A stretch of 64,000 nt of DNA from a candidate division WOR-3 bacterium (GTDB lineage: Bacteria > Hydrothermota > Hydrothermia > B15-G9 > WFZT01), in NCBI GenBank assembly GCA_027053075.1, contig JALUEE010000047.1:11155-75154 (forward strand), given 5' to 3'. This document shows, piece by piece, positions 58,474 to 64,000 of this stretch. The translations under genes and the position numbers were made by a program. The first letter of the stretch is position 1; each line of letters opens with the position of its first letter. The notes under the pieces are model-generated. The model was not told the origin of the DNA and ran no database searches. It was given only the letters and a program-made list of their open reading frames with translations.

Positions 58474-59522
58474 ATAGAAATGAGTTTATGTGGTTTCAAT
58501 AGGACCTTCTCATATTTCTCCAGGTTTTCAAGGATTTTACCTGCACCCAGTGCAACGCAATCCAGTGGATTGTCCACTGTTTTAACGTAGAGGTTGGTCT
58601 CCTCCCTGATCAGCTCATCAAGCCCCTTGATAAGTGAGCCACCACCTGTCAGGTAGATTCCGCGATCAATAATATCCGAAACCAATTCTGGTGGCGTTTT
58701 CTCAAGTGCATTTTTAACCGCATCTACAATCTGGTTCACCGGGCTCTTTAAGGCCTCTCTAATCTCGGCTGATGAAATTTCGATAGTTTTCGGATTTCCT
58801 GAAACAAGATCGCGTCCCTTGACCTCCATTTTGGTCTCCTCGATCAGTGGGAAAACGTTTCCTATCTCTTTTTTCACATTTTCTGCCGTTTGTTCACCAA
58901 TGATGACACGGTACTTTTCACGGACATAGTTGATAATCGCCTCATCCATCTCATCACCAGCGATACGGATGGATGTGTTTGTAACTATTCCAGAAAGGGC
59001 GATCACAGCGATTTCCGTGGTCCCCCCGCCAATGTCCACAATCATATTACCTGTGGGCTCATCAATGGGTAGCCCGATTCCCACGGCCGCTGCAACAGGC
59101 TCGGACACGAGAAGCACCTCTCTTGCCCCCGCATTTTCAGCAGAATCTTTAACTGCGCGACGCTCCACCTCTGTAATTCCAGATGGGACAGCAATCAAAA
59201 CCTTGGGCCTGATAATAAGGTTTTTCTTAAGCACCCTTGTTAGCATGCTATAGAGCATTTCCTGAACAAGTTCGAAGTCCGCAATTACCCCGTCCTTCAT
59301 GGGTCTTTTGGCAAGGATGTTGCCAGGGGTCTTTCCAAGCATCCTTTTTGCCTCTTCTCCAATAGCAAGCGCCTTTCCTGTAGTCTTATCCACAGCAACG
59401 ACTGAAGGCTCCCTTAAAACTATTCCTCTGCCTTTAACGTAAATCAGGGTGTGCGCGGTCCCGAGGTCAACGGCCACCTCACTCCCCCAGCCTTTGAAAA
59501 TCTTTGAAAACAGTCCGCTCAT
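58470..59522 (-). CDS. mreB: rod shape-determining protein MreB (actin-like ATPase)
   Basis: Motifs DLGTAHT and GGGTTE are present. Confidence 0.9.
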   Translation of the reverse strand: MSGLFSKIFKGWGSEVAVDLGTAHTLIYVKGRGIVLREPSVVAVDKTTGKALAIGEEAKRMLGKTPGNILAKRPMKDGVIADFELVQEMLYSMLTRVLKKNLIIRPKVLIAVPSGITEVERRAVKDSAENAGAREVLLVSEPVAAAVGIGLPIDEPTGNMIVDIGGGTTEIAVIALSGIVTNTSIRIAGDEMDEAIINYVREKYRVIIGEQTAENVKKEIGNVFPLIEETKMEVKGRDLVSGNPKTIEISSAEIREALKSPVNQIVDAVKNALEKTPPELVSDIIDRGIYLTGGGSLIKGLDELIREETNLYVKTVDNPLDCVALGAGKILENLEKYEKVLLKPHKLISI

Positions 59523-62056
59523 TTCTTTAGCTCCTCTTTGAGTTTGTAAATTAATTCTAAAGCTTCACGGGGTGAAAGCGTATCCGGGTCCACCCCTTTC
59601 AATATCTCCACTATTCTTGATTCCTTCTCACTCTCCTCACGCTTGAAGATATCAAGCTGAAGGGTCTCTTCGCGTGCCTTTACTTTAAGGGATTTTCTTC
59701 CCTTTTCAAGGTCTTTTAGAATCTCCTTTGCACGCCTGATCACAGGCCCCGGAATCCCAGCCAGCTTCGCCACATGAATTCCATAACTTCTATCGGATTC
59801 ACCAGGAATAAGCTTCCTCAAGAAGATTATCTCGTCGCCCCATTCTTTTACAGCAATGGTAAAGTTTCTCACACCTTTGAGTTTTCTCCCCAGAATGGAA
59901 AGTTCGTGATAATGTGTGGCAAAAAGTGTTTTCGCACCCACAAAATCTGCGATGTATTCAACAACTGCCCACGCTATTGCGAGTCCATCGAATGTGGATG
60001 TGCCGCGGCCCACCTCGTCAAGAATAATGAGACTCCTGTTTGTGGCATTATGGAGTATCTGGGCTGTTTCTATCATCTCGGCCATGAATGTGGAAATTCC
60101 GCGCGCAAGGTCGTCAGAGGCCCCAATTCGGGAGAAAACCCTGTCCACAAGCCCAATCTTTGCACTCGCAGCCGGGACAAATGACCCGATGTGTGCCATT
60201 ATCGTGATAATCGCCACCTGCCTCAGGTAGGTTGATTTTCCGGACATATTGGGTCCAGTGATGATAAAAACCCGGTTTTCGGAGAGGTCCATAAATGTGT
60301 CATTCGGGACAAATGTCTCGCCCTTAAGCCCCACTTCCACTATGGGATGCCTTCCATCCTTAATCTCAATTCTGCCATCTTCTTTTATTTCTGGCATAAC
60401 ATAACGTCTCTTAATGGCCACGTCTGCAAGCGATGTTATGAGGTCAATTTCCGCAATTTTTTCTGCAATTCTCTTTATCTCAAAGGATTTCTCAAGCACT
60501 CGCTGGCGAAGCTGTTTCACGATCTCATTTTCCAGTCTGATCGACCGCTCCTCTGCTCCGAGAATCTTATCCTCTAATTCCTTCAACTCCTCGGTTATAA
60601 ACCTCTCTGCATTGGTGAGTGTCTGCTTTCTGATGTAATCCTGCGGTACAAGATGGAGATTGGATTTAGTGACCTCGATGTAGTAACCAAAAACTGAATT
60701 ATAGCCAATCCTCAGGTTCTGAATACCGGTTCGCGCCCTCTCGCGTCGTTCGAGCTCAAGGAGTTTATCCTTACCGTGCCTGCTTATGTCTCTTAATTCA
60801 TCGAGTTCGGGATTCACCCCATCCCTCACAACCCCGCCGAGATTGAAATTCACCGGTGGATCGTCAACAATGGTCCTGAGTATTTCCCTGTCGATTCCCT
60901 CAATATCCGGAAATGTGACAAGTTCTTTCCATTCTTCATATTCACCAAGAAGGGCCTCAAGCTGTGGCACAAAGGATAAAGATTTTGCAAAGCGAACGAG
61001 CTCGCGTGGATTTGTCTTGTTGGCCGAAATCCGCCCAAGTTGCCTTTCAATATCAGAAATGTCTGATAAAACCTCCTGGATTTTCTTAAGGAGCGACTGA
61101 TTTTGAACAAGATGATTAACGCGAGTGAGTCTTACTAAAATATCTCCTTTGGAGAGGAATGGAGATAGAAGAGACTCTTTTAATCTCCTTGAGCCCATGG
61201 GGGTTTTGCAGTGGTCAAGAACCTCAAACAGGGTCAATCCTTCAGTATCCGGCCTGATCTTTTCAACAATCTCGAGGTTTTTAATGGTCTGGGGGTCGAT
61301 GTACATGAAGTTTGAAAGCCTGAGTTTTTTAATTCCCCTGATGTGCTCAAGCATCCCGGGTTTCTTCTCGCGCAGGTATGAAACAAGAGCCCCGGCAGCC
61401 CTCACTGCAAACTCTGAATCCTCAAGCTCAAATGCATCCAGCCTCGAGGTATTGAAAAAGGACTTAATTTCATCACGTGCTTTGAAAAGGTCAAACTCAT
61501 ATGGGTCTCGCGATGTCAGATTCTCAAGTGGCAGTTCCATTTCTTCCTCTACCAGTACCTCAGTTGCACCAATTCTTTCAAGCTCTGTAAGCGCACGCTC
61601 AAGGTTATCTTCAAAAACGAAAAAATCGCCTGTCGTGATGTCACAGTAAGCGACTCCAGCCCTCTCTTTATCCGTGTAAAGTGCAGCAATGTAGTTGTGT
61701 GATTTATCCTCAAGAAGTGTAGGTGAGAATACGGTGCCCGGAGTTATTATCTCGACCACTTTACGTTCCATTAATCCAGAGTTGTTCTCTCCAACCTGCT
61801 CGCATATAGCTACTTTATAGCCTTTTTGAAGGAGTTTAGAAATATATCCATCGGCTGCTTTTGCCGGGATACCTGCAAGGGGAACCCTTATACCCTTTCC
61901 CATGGGCTTGGAGGTGAGAGCAATACCAAGAATCTTTGAGGCTATCTTTGCATCTTCGTAGAAAAATTCGTAGAAATCGCCCATTCTAAAGAGCAAAAGC
62001 TCGTCCTTATGCTCTGCCTTTATCTTCTTGTACTGATTTAAAATGGGTGTTGACAT
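59519..62056 (-). CDS. mutS: DNA mismatch repair protein MutS
   Basis: Walker A is GPNMSGKST. The N-terminus is TPILNQYKKIKA. The internal start MSTPIL was chosen. Confidence 0.9.
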   Translation of the reverse strand: MSTPILNQYKKIKAEHKDELLLFRMGDFYEFFYEDAKIASKILGIALTSKPMGKGIRVPLAGIPAKAADGYISKLLQKGYKVAICEQVGENNSGLMERKVVEIITPGTVFSPTLLEDKSHNYIAALYTDKERAGVAYCDITTGDFFVFEDNLERALTELERIGATEVLVEEEMELPLENLTSRDPYEFDLFKARDEIKSFFNTSRLDAFELEDSEFAVRAAGALVSYLREKKPGMLEHIRGIKKLRLSNFMYIDPQTIKNLEIVEKIRPDTEGLTLFEVLDHCKTPMGSRRLKESLLSPFLSKGDILVRLTRVNHLVQNQSLLKKIQEVLSDISDIERQLGRISANKTNPRELVRFAKSLSFVPQLEALLGEYEEWKELVTFPDIEGIDREILRTIVDDPPVNFNLGGVVRDGVNPELDELRDISRHGKDKLLELERRERARTGIQNLRIGYNSVFGYYIEVTKSNLHLVPQDYIRKQTLTNAERFITEELKELEDKILGAEERSIRLENEIVKQLRQRVLEKSFEIKRIAEKIAEIDLITSLADVAIKRRYVMPEIKEDGRIEIKDGRHPIVEVGLKGETFVPNDTFMDLSENRVFIITGPNMSGKSTYLRQVAIITIMAHIGSFVPAASAKIGLVDRVFSRIGASDDLARGISTFMAEMIETAQILHNATNRSLIILDEVGRGTSTFDGLAIAWAVVEYIADFVGAKTLFATHYHELSILGRKLKGVRNFTIAVKEWGDEIIFLRKLIPGESDRSYGIHVAKLAGIPGPVIRRAKEILKDLEKGRKSLKVKAREETLQLDIFKREESEKESRIVEILKGVDPDTLSPREALELIYKLKEELKK

Positions 62057-62061
62057 GCGGG

Positions 62062-62577
62062 CTATATTCTCACAACCCTTCGAATTAAGTGTCGGTAGAT
62101 TAAGTATATACCCAAAATTATCCAAATGTAACCCAAAATCCTGACACCGAGAAGGACTTTAGGATTTAAATTATCTGTCAGGACAAGAACAAATGTATTT
62201 GGTGAGACCTTAAAACGCTCAACCACTTTTTTGTATCGGGGAATTCTTTTAAGGTAGGTATAATACCCCTCGTAATCATCGGCCCACCCAAGATTTCCGG
62301 ACGGTATACTGTTATTAATGTCTGCTATTAAAAGGTTGTCGAATTCATCCGTTCTATAAAATGTAAGTTTAAAAACAAACAGTATCCTGTAGGAAATCGA
62401 GTCCCTGTCACCGGGGGTGAGATTTGCAGAAACCAGCTTCCCGACATACTGTTCATTCGGGAAGAACATTCGAACCTCACTATCACCGTGACGAAAAACC
62501 CTGATTGCTCTGAGTGTGTAAATGCCTATGTAAATGAAAACGATACCGAGGAGGATGTAAAGGATTCTTTTAAACAA
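62062..62577 (-). CDS. hypothetical membrane-anchored protein
   Basis: It has an N-terminal TM (ILYILLGIVFIYIGIY) and a C-terminal TM. No motif is recognisable. Confidence 0.4.
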   Translation of the reverse strand: MFKRILYILLGIVFIYIGIYTLRAIRVFRHGDSEVRMFFPNEQYVGKLVSANLTPGDRDSISYRILFVFKLTFYRTDEFDNLLIADINNSIPSGNLGWADDYEGYYTYLKRIPRYKKVVERFKVSPNTFVLVLTDNLNPKVLLGVRILGYIWIILGIYLIYRHLIRRVVRI

Positions 62578-62580
62578 TCT

Positions 62581-63096
62581 CTATTTCTCCCTGGAGAGTG
62601 CTTCTACAACCACAAGAGGCACGTCAGCGTCAATTTGCTCACCTGGTGAGGCATTGACCTCTTTCACTACTCCGTCAAAATCTGCAGTAAACTCATTCTC
62701 CATCTTCATGGATTCCACAATAATCAATCCCTGACCCTCTTTTACCTTATCATCGGGCTTCACAAGTACCTTCACCACCTTTCCGGGCATGGGAGATGTA
62801 ACAAACTGGACTCCTTCCTCTTTTTTAACAGCTCCACTGGCACTATATTCTTCAGTCTTTTCGCTTAGAATGTAGGCCTGGCCGTCCATCCAGACGTAAA
62901 ATTTCTCCCTGTCTTTTGCAATATAAACAGTCATTTTACGGCCATCTTCGAAGAATAAAACATAAACGTGCGGCTGAACCCGCCTGTAGGTGAATTTAAG
63001 CTCTGTGCCATTCACCGAAATTTTACGAAGTTCTCCCTCTGTATCAAAAGTTACGTTAAACTCCTCCTTACCCAAAACGTAAGTGGTCTCTTTCAT
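62581..63096 (-). CDS. biotin carboxyl carrier protein-type subunit (biotinyl domain EAMKM-like: ESMKME)
   Basis: The C-terminal biotin attachment motif is [12 protein letters not shown]. The start overlaps the stop of the upstream biotin carboxylase (ATGA). Confidence 0.6.
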   Translation of the reverse strand: MKETTYVLGKEEFNVTFDTEGELRKISVNGTELKFTYRRVQPHVYVLFFEDGRKMTVYIAKDREKFYVWMDGQAYILSEKTEEYSASGAVKKEEGVQFVTSPMPGKVVKVLVKPDDKVKEGQGLIIVESMKMENEFTADFDGVVKEVNASPGEQIDADVPLVVVEALSREK

Positions 63097-64000
63097 TTCA
63101 CAATCCTCCAGTTGCCCACAACGAGCCATGGATCAAAGACCTTTTCCCTTCCATCTGAGGTAATCTTAATCGAAGGAGCGGCCGTCTCCTCATTGGCCTC
63201 AATAGCAGCAAAGATCTCTGGTGGAACATCACTTTTTGGCTTCCATCCCAGCATGTGGTCAGGAATAAATGTCGTGAATGTGTTCCCCTTGATAAATTCA
63301 GGATGCTCGAGGATATCGATAAGGTAGGGGATATTGGTTTTAATGCCCAAAATTACGTAGTTTTTGAGGGCCTCTATCATACGCCTTCTTGCCTCTTCAC
63401 GATCACGCCCCCACACAATAAGCTTGGAGAGTATGGGGTCGTAATAAGGAGGCACTTCTACCCCCGAGTATATACCAGAGTCAACCCTTATTCCCGGTCC
63501 TGCTGGCTCACTGACAAAAATGATTTTACCCGGTGAAGGCATGAAATCCTTTTCCGGGTCTTCTGCATAAATTCGGCACTCAATTGCATGTCCATGCTGT
63601 GAAAGCTCTTCCTGTTTGAATGAAAGTGGATTGCCTTCAGCAATATTTATCTGCTCCTTCACAAGGTCTCTACATGTTACCATCTCAGTAATTGGGTGTT
63701 CCACCTGAATTCTTGTATTTACCTCAAGGAAGTAAAAATTCCCGTGCTTATCAAAAAGAAATTCTACCGTGCCGGCACTCTCGTAGCCCACGGTCTTGGC
63801 AACCCTGATGGCAGTCTCCCCCATTTCCATCCTCTTCTCCATTGTAAGGGCACCCGAGGGTGTTTCCTCAATGATCTTCTGGTGCCTCCTCTGAATGGAG
63901 CATTCTCTTTCAAAAAGGTGCACATAGTTTCCAAACTTGTCTCCAAGTATCTGGATTTCTATGTGCCTCGGATTCTCGATGTATTTCTCGATATAAACGG
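63093..64000 (-). CDS. accC: biotin carboxylase, C-terminal part (N-terminus beyond window end)
   Basis: The ATP-grasp C-terminal region is [18 protein letters not shown]. Confidence 0.75.
   Translation of the reverse strand, partial: VYIEKYIENPRHIEIQILGDKFGNYVHLFERECSIQRRHQKIIEETPSGALTMEKRMEMGETAIRVAKTVGYESAGTVEFLFDKHGNFYFLEVNTRIQVEHPITEMVTCRDLVKEQINIAEGNPLSFKQEELSQHGHAIECRIYAEDPEKDFMPSPGKIIFVSEPAGPGIRVDSGIYSGVEVPPYYDPILSKLIVWGRDREEARRRMIEALKNYVILGIKTNIPYLIDILEHPEFIKGNTFTTFIPDHMLGWKPKSDVPPEIFAAIEANEETAAPSIKITSDGREKVFDPWLVVGNWRIVK

Noticed and set aside
1-64000. cas1/cas2/cas4 adaptation genes, an RNase P / tmRNA / SRP RNA, and rRNA genes
   Set aside because: I scanned for them by eye but found no recognisable sequence signatures in this window.

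Overview
This 64 kb window comes from a compact, gene-dense bacterial chromosome, roughly 45% GC. GC-clamped hairpins with CGAAG/UUCG-type loops and three secreted proteins with T9SS-like C-terminal sorting domains point to a thermophile of the FCB group. This lineage guess is inference only.

Most of the window is housekeeping:
- thiI (partial at the window start), an Rnl3-type RNA ligase and thpR;
- kdsD, trxB, rluB and a TRAP transporter operon (dctPQM);
- topA, rsmB, gmhB, rdgB, rpmE, gpsA, plsY and trmB;
- metG, argGBC, slt, uppP and a ferredoxin;
- mrdA, mreDCB, mutS, and a BCCP plus biotin carboxylase pair (the latter partial at the window end).

There are six tRNA genes: Pro-TGG, Ala-GGC, Lys-TTT, Arg-ACG and Gly-CCC are confirmed by anticodon parsing, and the sixth (6180-6251 and 6258-6330 together give Ala and Lys) is included in that count of five distinct species.

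The accessory part of the window is a CRISPR island:
- A 20-repeat CRISPR array on the + strand (24350-25635) uses a 30-bp repeat, GTTCCGATCCTACCTACGAGGCATGGAAAT.
- A three-gene insert follows the array: a sensor histidine kinase, an NtrC-type sigma-54 activator, and a nonaheme c-type cytochrome with a textbook sigma-54 promoter.
- A convergent, translationally coupled type III cas operon lies on the minus strand (42302 down to 32018).
- Its gene order is cas6, a Cmr1 N-terminal fragment, cmr1, cmr6, cas10, cmr4, cmr5, cmr3. This matches type III-C.
- The Cas10 lacks any GGDD cyclase motif.

Three things make the operon unusual:
- The Cmr1-like RAMP carries an inserted PDZ-like domain.
- The operon ends with a coupled 128-aa unknown protein.
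- The last gene encodes a 4-TM membrane protein with a C-terminal CARF-like domain (NITGGT motif). This is a Cam1-like membrane effector architecture, even though the Cas10 appears cyclase-dead.

Intergenic regions carry two families of repeated GC-rich hairpin elements, which look like REP/MITE-like repeats. A 4-unit degenerate tandem repeat sits next to the CRISPR leader. A LamG/DUF1080-like gene remnant lies after the ferredoxin.

Coordinates of non-ORF features were derived by hand and may be off by a few bases.
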